The notes under the pieces: generated by a model | Seen by the model: only the letters and a program-made list of their open reading frames with translations | What the model was told of the DNA's origin: nothing | Databases searched by the model: none | Translations under genes and position numbers: made by a program | Virus record (IMG/VR): IMGVR_UViG_3300044513_001736 | Location: 1 to 27,084 of that record | Strand: one strand, 5' to 3' | From: a virus | Lineage: Duplodnaviria; Caudoviricetes | DNA length: 27,084 nt | In this document: one piece after another, positions 1 through 8,000 of the stretch | Numbering within the stretch: the stretch's first letter is position 1 | Layout of the letters: each line of letters starts with the position of its first letter

Positions 1-114
1 TTCCCTCTCCCTGCCCATGGCAGCAGAGGCAGGCAGACCCTCTCCCCTGGGGTGACCCACCAGTTCCACAAGTTCTACGCCTTGATGCTTGACGCCAAGG
101 CACAGACCGTCTAG
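1..114 (+). CDS. 5'-truncated small ORF, possibly HicA-like (dsRBD-fold) C-terminal half
   Basis: Not in the ORF track. Frame 1 is open from the window edge to TAG 112-114: FPLPAHGSRGRQTLSPGVTHQFHKFYALMLDAKAQTV*. The pattern hydrophobic-P-x-H...L-x-x-G-V resembles the HicA C-terminal 'VPxH...LxxGT' motif. The N-terminal half lies outside the window. Confidence 0.4.
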   Translation, partial: FPLPAHGSRGRQTLSPGVTHQFHKFYALMLDAKAQTV

Positions 115-117
115 ACT
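89..117 (+). promoter_or_regulatory. sigma70-type (host-like, early) promoter
   Basis: -35 TTGACG (89-94), 17-bp spacer, -10 TAGACT (112-117), then an A/C-rich leader (CACAACACACACCAGACAA) to ATG 140. Confidence 0.7.
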
Positions 118-139
118 AACCACAACACACACCAGACAA

Positions 140-328
140 ATGGCAATCTTCTCCATGGCATCCGACCTCACCACACGCGAGACCCGCTGGGTTCCTCGCA
201 AGACTGAGACCTCACCCCAGTCTGTCTTCGCTGGTCAGATTCAAGCGCACGAGGGTTGGTGGTTCGCTGGTATCTACGCCGACCGCTACCACGATGAGGC
301 AGTCGCCGCTATCCCCACCTTTGAATGA
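140..328 (+). CDS. hypothetical small early phage protein (62 aa)
   Basis: The ORF track starts at TTG 89, but that TTG is the promoter -35 box. In-frame ATG 140 (MAIFSMASDL...) lies just downstream of the -10 box. No family recognised. Confidence 0.65.
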   Translation: MAIFSMASDLTTRETRWVPRKTETSPQSVFAGQIQAHEGWWFAGIYADRYHDEAVAAIPTFE

Positions 329-330
329 CT

Positions 331-406
331 CTATGCGCCTAGACGCATAGGACAGTTGCCGCCCCTGCGGGGGCGGGGGGGCGTAGCCCGTGTTATATGG
401 GACCCA
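331..406. repeat. cluster of inverted repeats at the end of the GC-rich region
   Basis: CTATGCG-cctaga-CGCATAG (331-350); CCGCCCC-tgcg-GGGGCGG (359-376); GGGC-gta-GCCC (379-389); TGGG-a-CCCA (398-406). Confidence 0.75.
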
Positions 407-448
407 AAGTCCTAATCTATAAAGTCTTGCATTCGCGTCCGTACTATC

Positions 449-910
449 ATGTTCGTTGAAAAACTTAGGATCCCTATTTCAGAAATTTTTTTGGGGGAAA
501 ATTTTCTTGTATACCTTTTCGAGTCGCCCCAGATCAGCCACTCCAAGATCATCCGAGCTTGCATCGCAGACTTCCTAGAAGGTCGTCTGTCTTGCAAATC
601 GCCCGCCACAGTGCATTGGAGTAAATCCGACAGTGCCGACTACGTGGCAATCGCGGTTGGTTCCATGCCAATTGGCATAGATATTGAGTATATGCGTGAA
701 CGCCCATTCGAAAAAATTTCTCGCAGATTTTTCTCCCCCTCCGAGATTACCTCAGACAAGGAACGCTTTTATCAGATCTGGACAGAAAAGGAAGCATCGA
801 TAAAACGTGACAAGTTAACAATTGCAAAGAATCTTGCAAAGACTCCGAGGGGCACTATAATTAGTCTAAGGAACATTCCATCTGACTTGAAGGGAGCCGT
901 CGCTCTATGA
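449..910 (+). CDS. 4'-phosphopantetheinyl transferase superfamily protein (Sfp/EntD/HetI-like, short)
   Basis: Motifs IGIDIE (aa 75-80) and FYQIWTEKEASIK (aa 107-119) with RFFSPSE between them, as in Sfp-type PPTases. The start codon is uncertain (in-frame TTG at 491 is an alternative). Confidence 0.85.
   Translation: MFVEKLRIPISEIFLGENFLVYLFESPQISHSKIIRACIADFLEGRLSCKSPATVHWSKSDSADYVAIAVGSMPIGIDIEYMRERPFEKISRRFFSPSEITSDKERFYQIWTEKEASIKRDKLTIAKNLAKTPRGTIISLRNIPSDLKGAVAL
834..861 (+). promoter_or_regulatory. sigma70-type promoter inside the 3' end of the PPTase gene
   Basis: TTGCAA (834-839), 16-bp spacer, perfect TATAAT (856-861). An SD-like AAGGGAG (about 890-896) precedes ATG 907. Confidence 0.6.
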
Positions 911-1119
911 TAAACTTGCATCAGAAGTACAACCATTACCTACACACAAACAAACTACTGGACCATCAAGATGTCCACGAAAAGGTGACGAGCTATGGTT
1001 GGACTGATAATGGGAAAGATCTGACAGGTTATTACATTATCACTGAAAATTGGGTCATGCATTTCGATCTCTCAGAACAATTCATTAGTAAGGAGAAATT
1101 AACCAGTGGAATTAGATGA
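907..1119 (+). CDS. hypothetical phage protein (70 aa)
   Basis: ATGA overlap with the upstream stop, SD-like AGGGAG, own candidate promoter, protein-like composition. Confidence 0.75.
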   Translation: MINLHQKYNHYLHTNKLLDHQDVHEKVTSYGWTDNGKDLTGYYIITENWVMHFDLSEQFISKEKLTSGIR

Positions 1120-1300
1120 CAGTCATTATGCTGCATACAGAGATGCTGAAATAGAACTTCTATGGGCACGATTGAATGCCTTAGAAAAGCGTGTGAATGA
1201 TTCTAAGATTATGATGAGGCGTCCTGGTGAGAGCATCTACGAGAGGCTTGTAGATGTCGTTTGTGACCATGAAGAACGTTTAAATAGTCTTGGTGGGTAA
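1106..1300 (+). CDS. hypothetical phage protein, coiled-coil-like (64 aa)
   Basis: GTG start preceded by AAGGAG (1090-1095); heptad-like segments (LWARLNALEKRV, HEERLNSL). Confidence 0.7.
   Translation: MELDDSHYAAYRDAEIELLWARLNALEKRVNDSKIMMRRPGESIYERLVDVVCDHEERLNSLGG
1279..1286 (+). promoter_or_regulatory. possible T4-type late promoter (TTTAAATA)
   Basis: One mismatch to TATAAATA, about 55 nt upstream of the first structural gene (1341). Confidence 0.4.
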
Positions 1301-1340
1301 AAAACCGCGTAAACCCTTTTGGCGCGAAGGTCTCTAAGGT

Positions 1341-1994
1341 ATGGCACAGTTGTCTAAGTACACTTTTAATGATGCTACGATTGGTGTAGCGTTTAGTGAT
1401 ACGATTACAGTAATTCTAGATCCATGTCCTCCACCTGCAGGACCTCTAGAAGTTCTTGTAAGCGTTACTATGACAGCGGTATCCCCTGCACTTCCCACTG
1501 GTATTCTTCCTGGTCTTGATCCTGGTTACCCTAACACAGGAGATATTGTCTACATTCCTACCGCCACGCCATCAGCAAGTCTGACGATCTCGATGATTGG
1601 TACTTTGAACGAGACTTACTTTGATGAGCGTGAGTGGGAATACAGAGACGATACTACAGGGAAGACTTATCATACACCCGTCACTGAACTAGAGAGTTCT
1701 ATTAGTGATGGTGGGCGTATCTTTACAGTCAGCAAAAACACTGTACAACCAGATGCGTATACTACGGGTGGCGAATATGAAGCAGACCTCCCAAACCCCG
1801 TCGATACTCTAATTCGTTATAAACCTGACTTTAGAGCATCTAGGACAGTTACTTACACTTACACGATTCAAACTATTTGTGCAGGTGTTCCAACTACATA
1901 CGTTTATGACGTAACTCAGAATATTCTGAACAATTGGGACTTGGGTCGAGATAAGATGAACGATATTGTCACAAATAAAGTTAGGTATACCTGA
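1341..1994 (+). CDS. putative baseplate spike-associated protein (T4 gp5.1-like)
   Basis: Directly upstream of and coupled (TGATG) to the PAAR gene. Thr-rich beta character. The C-terminus (YKPD...TVTYTYTI...VTQNILNNWD) resembles my recollection of T4 gp5.1; not verified. Confidence 0.5.
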   Translation: MAQLSKYTFNDATIGVAFSDTITVILDPCPPPAGPLEVLVSVTMTAVSPALPTGILPGLDPGYPNTGDIVYIPTATPSASLTISMIGTLNETYFDEREWEYRDDTTGKTYHTPVTELESSISDGGRIFTVSKNTVQPDAYTTGGEYEADLPNPVDTLIRYKPDFRASRTVTYTYTIQTICAGVPTTYVYDVTQNILNNWDLGRDKMNDIVTNKVRYT

Positions 1995-2311
1995 TGGCAA
2001 AGACTACACCAGCAGTTCTGGATGCATACAGCACAGGAGAAGGGTGTTTCCCTCCTACACAACTCGTACAAGCGTCTACAAACGTCTTTGCGGGCAATAA
2101 GGGGGTAGGTAGACTGGACGATCAGTACGCACCCCATACATGCGGTTCTACGACCCACTCAGGAACTCAGCGAGCAATCGTCTCTGGGTCCGATACTGTG
2201 TTCGTAAATGGTAAAAAATGTGGAAAATTGAACTCCGATATTGGAGATGGTGACAAAGTGGGCAACCACGGACTCCCAGAAGGAGCAAAAAAGGTCTACA
2301 TTGGTGGATGA
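1994..2311 (+). CDS. PAAR-repeat spike tip protein (T4 gp5.4-like)
   Basis: Three-fold PAAR pattern: ASTNVFAGNKGVGRLDD, GSDTVFVNGKKCGKLNS, GAKKVYIGG; also GCFPPT and PHTC...TH; 105 aa; upstream of gp25. Confidence 0.9.
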   Translation: MAKTTPAVLDAYSTGEGCFPPTQLVQASTNVFAGNKGVGRLDDQYAPHTCGSTTHSGTQRAIVSGSDTVFVNGKKCGKLNSDIGDGDKVGNHGLPEGAKKVYIGG

Positions 2312-2313
2312 CC

Positions 2314-2342
2314 TTGACAAAACCACCAAAAACCCGTAAAAT
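2314..2342 (+). promoter_or_regulatory. near-consensus sigma70 promoter
   Basis: TTGACA (2314-2319), 17-bp spacer, TAAAAT (2337-2342), 24 nt upstream of ATG 2367. Confidence 0.8.
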
Positions 2343-2366
2343 TTGAAGGTAAAGCACTGATTTCTT

Positions 2367-2513
2367 ATGGCAAAAGCAAAAGGCGGTCTCGTAAAATCTG
2401 GTTACACCCCTGGAAAACCCAAACTGACCCGTCAAGGGCGTTCTCCCAACACCAAATATGCCGCTACTTCACGAAATAAGGCGAAAAAAGCGTATCGTGG
2501 ACAAGGCAGATAA
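2367..2513 (+). CDS. small highly basic protein (48 aa), below the ORF-track cutoff
   Basis: MAKAKGGLVKSGYTPGKPKLTRQGRSPNTKYAATSRNKAKKAYRGQGR*. It has its own promoter, fills the gap between PAAR and the next gene, and has no Asp or Glu. I recall the YRGQGR C-terminus from small proteins near gp25 in marine T4-like phages. Confidence 0.85.
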   Translation: MAKAKGGLVKSGYTPGKPKLTRQGRSPNTKYAATSRNKAKKAYRGQGR

Positions 2514-2516
2514 ATA
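2509..2516 (+). promoter_or_regulatory. T4-type late promoter (GATAAATA)
   Basis: NATAAATA overlapping the stop codon of the 48-aa ORF. Confidence 0.7.
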
Positions 2517-2574
2517 ATTTTGGAGATAGCAACCTCCCTAAAAGTTCTTTTTGGACTTTTTCGGAGGATTTTTT

Positions 2575-2766
2575 ATGGCAAATTCGCCCGTAGACCTAGG
2601 AAACGAATTCATTGAGTCAGGTATGACACTAATTACATCTCCCGCCAGCGACAAATACTTGAAAATGGCGAAAAAACAGAAAAATGAGCCCCCAACTAAT
2701 CGTTTATCACGTCCTTGCGGCGGAAAAGGCGGATTTGACGACTATGTTGAGCGTTGGCACGAGTGA
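2575..2766 (+). CDS. hypothetical phage protein (63 aa)
   Basis: The track starts at TTG 2551, but SD GGAGG (2563-2567) sits 7 nt before in-frame ATG 2575 (MANSPVDLG...). Confidence 0.75.
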   Translation: MANSPVDLGNEFIESGMTLITSPASDKYLKMAKKQKNEPPTNRLSRPCGGKGGFDDYVERWHE

Positions 2767-2780
2767 CTTTCGGAAACCCT

Positions 2781-2788
2781 GATAAATA
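2781..2788 (+). promoter_or_regulatory. T4-type late promoter (GATAAATA)
   Basis: Intergenic, 21 nt upstream of the gp25 ATG. Confidence 0.75.
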
Positions 2789-2809
2789 AATCAAGGTCGA
2801 ACTGTAAAA

Positions 2810-3199
2810 ATGGCGATTATCTCGAAGTCCTTTAGGGACTTTAGCCTAACTTTTGAAAAAAATCCAGTAACCAACGATGTTTTGTCGCTTAAAAACGAAA
2901 AAGCGATCAAAGAATCGGTGAAAAATATCGTTAGGTACAATTTTTTCGAAAAGCCATTCTATCCACAGTTCGGTGGGAACATCATTGGACAACTTTTTGA
3001 GAATTACACTCCTGGTTTGGAAAATGAACTTTCCGATAATATCGAAAGGTGCATTAACTTATATGAACCAAGAGTCGCTTGCTATGAAGTCGTAGTTCGT
3101 TTTGACGAAGACTCAAATGAACTTGGCGCACAAGTCAGTTACATTATTCTTGGATTGCAACCCACTGTTGATTCTATCGATTTAGTATTTAAACCATAA
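2810..3199 (+). CDS. gp25: baseplate wedge subunit gp25 (GPW/gp25 family)
   Basis: AIKESVKNIV...EKPFYPQFGGNI...LFE...YEPRV signature; 129 aa; immediately upstream of gp6. Confidence 0.95.
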   Translation: MAIISKSFRDFSLTFEKNPVTNDVLSLKNEKAIKESVKNIVRYNFFEKPFYPQFGGNIIGQLFENYTPGLENELSDNIERCINLYEPRVACYEVVVRFDEDSNELGAQVSYIILGLQPTVDSIDLVFKP

Positions 3200-5049
3200 T
3201 GGCATTTAATCAGGTAAACTCGTTAGAATTTAACGAGATTAAAGCACAGATCAAGAATTACCTCAAAGGTCAGTCCCAATTTTCGGACTATGACTTTGAG
3301 GGTTCTTCTTTGACGGTCCTTTTGGACATTCTGGCATACAATACCTACTATTCTGCGGTAAATGCCAACCTGATTGTCAATGAAAACTTCTTAGAGACTG
3401 CTGTTCTCAGAGAAAACGTTGTAAAACTCGCAAGAATGATCGGATACACTCCTAAGAGTGCTCGTTCTTCGGTTGCCCCCGTTAATATTGAGATTCAGAC
3501 AGCGTTTCCTTATCCAAAAACAGTAACTATCTTCAAAGGTCTGGTATTAAACTTCACTGGACCTGATAATGAGAACTATGTTTTCTCTACAGACTCGGAT
3601 CAGAGTGTTTCTGTCGATAGTTTAAGTGGTGTTGCGACTTTCTCCAACTTAAACTTGTATGAAGGTGTATTCCTAACAGATACTTTTGTTAGAGACACAT
3701 CTGAGAGACAGAGATTCATCCTGACCAACGAAAATATTGATACCACGTCTTTAAGAATTGAAGTTACCAGTGGTACTACAACAGAAGCATATCTGAAAGC
3801 AACGGACATCACCAAAATCAACGGTGAGTCCAAAGTTTACTTCTTGGAAGAATCCGAGTACGGTAGACCAGAAATTTTATTTGGTGATAACGTTCTGGGC
3901 AGAGCACTTGTCAATGATGATGTAGTCGCTGTTACCTATACGACCAGCAGTGGTGCTGGTGCCAATGGATTGACGACATTTGACTTCATTGGTACTGTAA
4001 AGGACAACGATTCGAGCTCGATTACCAGTGGAGTTACTGTTTCTTTGATTTCTCCCCCAGACGGAGGATCGGTAAGAGAAAGTACCGAGGAAATTAAGTT
4101 CTCTGCACCTAAATTCTACTCTTCGTTTGGTAGAGCAGTCTCCACAAGAGACTATGAGGTTTTACTTCCTCAAATTTATCCAAATATTCAATCGATTTCT
4201 GCTTATGGTGGCGAAGAAGCAGATCCACCAGAGTACGGAAAAGTTTTCTTAGCAATCAAACCAAAGAACGCAGACAAACTTTCTTTATCCGAGAAAAATA
4301 ACATTCTCAAGAAATTAAGAGATTATTCTGTTGCTGCAGTAGAACCAAAAATCATTGACCCATCCGTACTATACATTGACTTAACTAGTTTCGTATATTT
4401 TAACCCCAACTTAACTAGACGCACGCAGGCAGAACTCAAGAACATTGTTCTTGGTGCATTTAACTTACTCAACGCTGGATCTGAGTTTAATAAGTTTGGT
4501 GGTAAGTTCAAATACTCCAAACTGCAGAAAATTATCGATGATTCTGACCCATCATTCACTTCAAACATCACGAAGTTGAAAATGAGGAAAAATGTTACTA
4601 TAGAACTGAATGCAAGAGTAAACTATAAGATTTGCTACGGTAATAGAATCTTCGCATCAACAACTAGTCCTTCTGTTACGACAACAGGATTTAAACTTGC
4701 TGGAGATGTTATCAATACATATTATCTTGAAGATGATGGTTTAGGTCAGTTAAAACTCTTCTACGTTAAGGACACTGGCGAAAGAGAGTATGTTGATGGT
4801 CTTTGGGGAACAGTCGATTATTTGTTAGGTGAGATTGTGATTAATGATTTGATCATTACATCTACATCTTCTAGTTCCAATCAAATTAGAATCAGTGCCG
4901 TTCCAAATAGCAACGACCTCATTTCTCTCCGAGAAACCTATTTGACAATTGGCATAGATAATACAGTCGTAAACGTCGTTGAAGACGTTATTAGCAGCGG
5001 TTCCAATATTTCTGGAACTGGAGTTTCCTTAGAGTCCAGTTATAACTAA
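3199..5049 (+). CDS. gp6: baseplate wedge subunit gp6
   Basis: FSDYDFEGSSLTVLLDILAYNTYY, LARMIGYTPKS, ILFGDNVLG, RAVSTRDYE, GGEEADPPEYGKVF and GTVDY motifs; 616 aa. Confidence 0.96.
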   Translation: MAFNQVNSLEFNEIKAQIKNYLKGQSQFSDYDFEGSSLTVLLDILAYNTYYSAVNANLIVNENFLETAVLRENVVKLARMIGYTPKSARSSVAPVNIEIQTAFPYPKTVTIFKGLVLNFTGPDNENYVFSTDSDQSVSVDSLSGVATFSNLNLYEGVFLTDTFVRDTSERQRFILTNENIDTTSLRIEVTSGTTTEAYLKATDITKINGESKVYFLEESEYGRPEILFGDNVLGRALVNDDVVAVTYTTSSGAGANGLTTFDFIGTVKDNDSSSITSGVTVSLISPPDGGSVRESTEEIKFSAPKFYSSFGRAVSTRDYEVLLPQIYPNIQSISAYGGEEADPPEYGKVFLAIKPKNADKLSLSEKNNILKKLRDYSVAAVEPKIIDPSVLYIDLTSFVYFNPNLTRRTQAELKNIVLGAFNLLNAGSEFNKFGGKFKYSKLQKIIDDSDPSFTSNITKLKMRKNVTIELNARVNYKICYGNRIFASTTSPSVTTTGFKLAGDVINTYYLEDDGLGQLKLFYVKDTGEREYVDGLWGTVDYLLGEIVINDLIITSTSSSSNQIRISAVPNSNDLISLRETYLTIGIDNTVVNVVEDVISSGSNISGTGVSLESSYN

Positions 5050-5057
5050 AATAGAAC

Positions 5058-8000
5058 ATGCCAACATCCTCCTGGAAAGTTAGTTCTTGGACTACACCTC
5101 CCACTCAGGTAACTGTACCACCAGTTCCTTCAGAGGTTAGTCCTGAGTCTAGATCGCAGATTTCAGATAGAGTCTTTTCTCAGTTTCCTTCCTTTGTCAG
5201 AGAGGATTACACGACTTTTGTCGATTTTATAAAGGCATATTATAAATCCCAGGAATTAAAAGGCAATCCAATTGATATTGTCCAAAACTGGGACGAATAT
5301 TACAATATTGACAGATATGAGTCTCTGGTACAAGAGACTACACTCATTTCTACTCTTTCTGAATCTTCAACTTCGGTTGACGTTACTTCTACAACAGATT
5401 TTCCCAATGAAGGTCTGTTAAAAATCGATGATGAGATTATTTACTACAATGGTAAGAACTCCACGTCATTTACTAATTGTGTAAGAGGATTTTCTGGCGT
5501 AACTGCAGTAGGAACTACTGCAGAATTCAATTTCTCTCAAACTGAGGCTTCTTCTCACTCAACTGGAACCACAGTTGTCAATTTAAACAACATTTTCCCT
5601 CTTTATATCTTAGAGAAGTTTAAAGAGCAGTATCTTTCAACATTCCCTAAAGATTTTTACGAGACAGTAAATCAGAATGTTGTTGTAAAGAGAATTAAGG
5701 ACTTTTATTCTGCTAAAGGAACAACTAGGTCCTTCCAATTCATCATGAGATCGATCTTTGGAGTAGAATCCGAAGTCAAGTACCCCAGAGATCGTATCTT
5801 CAAGCCTTCTGACGCATTTTACGTTTCTAGAGAAGTTATTAGAGCACAAAAACTCTCTGGTAACCCAATGGAGCTTGTTGGAGAAGTTCTTTTCCAAGAA
5901 AATGACCCAACTGATCCAAATGTCAATGCTGCTAGAATTTATGTAAAGAGTGTTGTTGAGATTTATACAGAAGAAGGCATCATTTATGAAATTGACGTAG
6001 ATACTAATAATTCTGATGGTCAATTTGTAACCCCATACAAAACCACCTTGGCATATGGGATTGGAGACGATGTTGTCAATGATAGAATCGTTACAGTTGA
6101 CTCTACAATTGGTTGGCCAGAACTAAATGGCAGAATTCGTATTGAAGATGAAATTATTCAGTATGAAGAGAAAACTTTAACCCAGTTCTTAGGATGTACT
6201 AGAGCAAGAGATAATACTGTACCCGTTGAGCACATTGCAGGTCAACAAGTCATTTCTGCGTTTAAAGTATACGGTAAGTCTAACGTAGATGGGTCTGAAA
6301 TCACACTTTCTTTGTTTGGTGGAACTAGAGGAATTGTACTGAACAGTGGAGGTAAGTATTACTTACCAGAGAGTAAAATTACAACTCCAATCTCTCCAGG
6401 ATTCGATAGTATCGATTCTGTGTGGGATACTTTTGTATATAACGTAAGAAGAGCATTTAGAGGCACTTCTATTACCCTTTCTACTCCAAATGCAAATGGT
6501 AGCGTTACTGCTACAATCACAACAGTGGAAGATCATGGATTATTCCGTGATGATGTTGTCCAGATTCTAAACTGCCCAGAAGATATTTACAATTCCACTT
6601 TCACTGTAGATGGTATTGGATCTAAGAAAACATTTAACATTACTATCCCAAATACTCCACAGCAAGGAGTAAATGTTGATTTCATTTGCACTAGAGAATT
6701 TTCTTTTGGTAAGAGTGACTATTCCAGTATCAGAAGTGAAATCTCTCCATATACCACTGATATTCAGAACACATATAGAAGTGATGATAATATTATTGTT
6801 GCTTCTTCTGGTATTCCAAGTTATAAGATTGGACCTTTTGGTGCAAATGATTTAACTCCAGGAAATCAGAGATATCTGAAAAGAATTCCAAGAAATCCAC
6901 AAACCAAGAGTACAAAACAATCAACTCCAGTTGGTCAAGTTGGTATTGGTGTTAATGGTGTTCCTTTCTTCTCTTACAAAGGAGAAGAGATTAGAAGATA
7001 TGGTGGCGTAAGTGCAATCGAACAAATTGCTGGTGGTGATGGATATGACATCACAAATCCACCCGTAGTCGAATTTGAACCCGATTATGAACTCGATAGA
7101 ACTTACCTGATTGGAACTAGAGTTAAGTGGAATGGCAATAGATACGTTGCACTGGATACTGGTTTAACTTCCCCAGATGTATACCCAACTCATACTAGTG
7201 GTATCGTCACTCTTGGTCAAGTTCGTTGGCAATATGAAGGAACTCCAGCTGAAGCTTTAGTTGCCATCAATGGTAGAGTTATTAGTATTAACGTAACTAA
7301 TGGTGGATCTGGTTATACTTCAGAACCTATTATTGGTATCATTGGTGGTGGAGTTAGTCCTACTAATGCTGCTTCTGCAACATGTAACATCACCAATGGC
7401 GTTGTTACCAATATCACCGTAACTTCTTCTGGATCTGGTTATACCTCTGTTCCAACAGTCTCTATCACTGGAGGTGGTGGTAGTGGTGCAACTGGACAAG
7501 CGATTGTTAGAGGTCCAATCGAAGAGATTCATGTAACTAACCCAGGAACGAAATATGATGTTCCACCAAACGTTAGTTTGATTTCTGGAAATGGTGCTGT
7601 TGCATATCCATCGATTCTTAATGGTAAAATTGAAAGTATCATTGTTACTTTCGGTGGAGAAAAATATTACGGTCCACCTGACGTTGTTATTGTTGGAGAT
7701 GGTGTCGGTGCAACTGCATTTGCTAATGTAGACACAAACACAAATACAGTAACCAACATTGTTGTCACTAACAAGGGTATTGGATATAGTGCAGGTAAGA
7801 CTGAGGTATTCATTGTATATCCTGGTGTAGGGGCAATATTCCAAACAAAACTCACAGAATTAACTTACAACGAAGCTGCTAGTGCTGGTGAGTTGGGACT
7901 TGCTGCAAATGTTCCATATACGCCAAGAAAAACCTTTGATTATGCCAATGGTGGATCCTTCCAGGGAACAAACTATTTGATCTATGGTGGTGAGTACGGT

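Noticed and set aside
89-139. TTG start at 89 for the first ORF (and TTG 2551 for the 2551-2766 ORF)
   Set aside because: TTG 89 is the -35 box and TTG 2551 lies upstream of the SD. ATG 140 and ATG 2575 fit better.
359-389. Intrinsic terminator
   Set aside because: The GC stems are strong but there is no adjacent U-tract on either strand, so I kept them only as inverted repeats.
427-450. sigma70 promoter TTGCAT...TATCAT upstream of the PPTase
   Set aside because: The spacer is only 12 bp and the -10 candidate overlaps the annotated start codon.
412-609. Minus-strand 65-aa ORF
   Set aside because: It is antisense to the PPTase gene, which has clear catalytic motifs.
2148-2435. Minus-strand 95-aa ORF
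   Set aside because: It overlaps the PAAR gene, a consensus promoter and the 48-aa basic ORF on the + strand.
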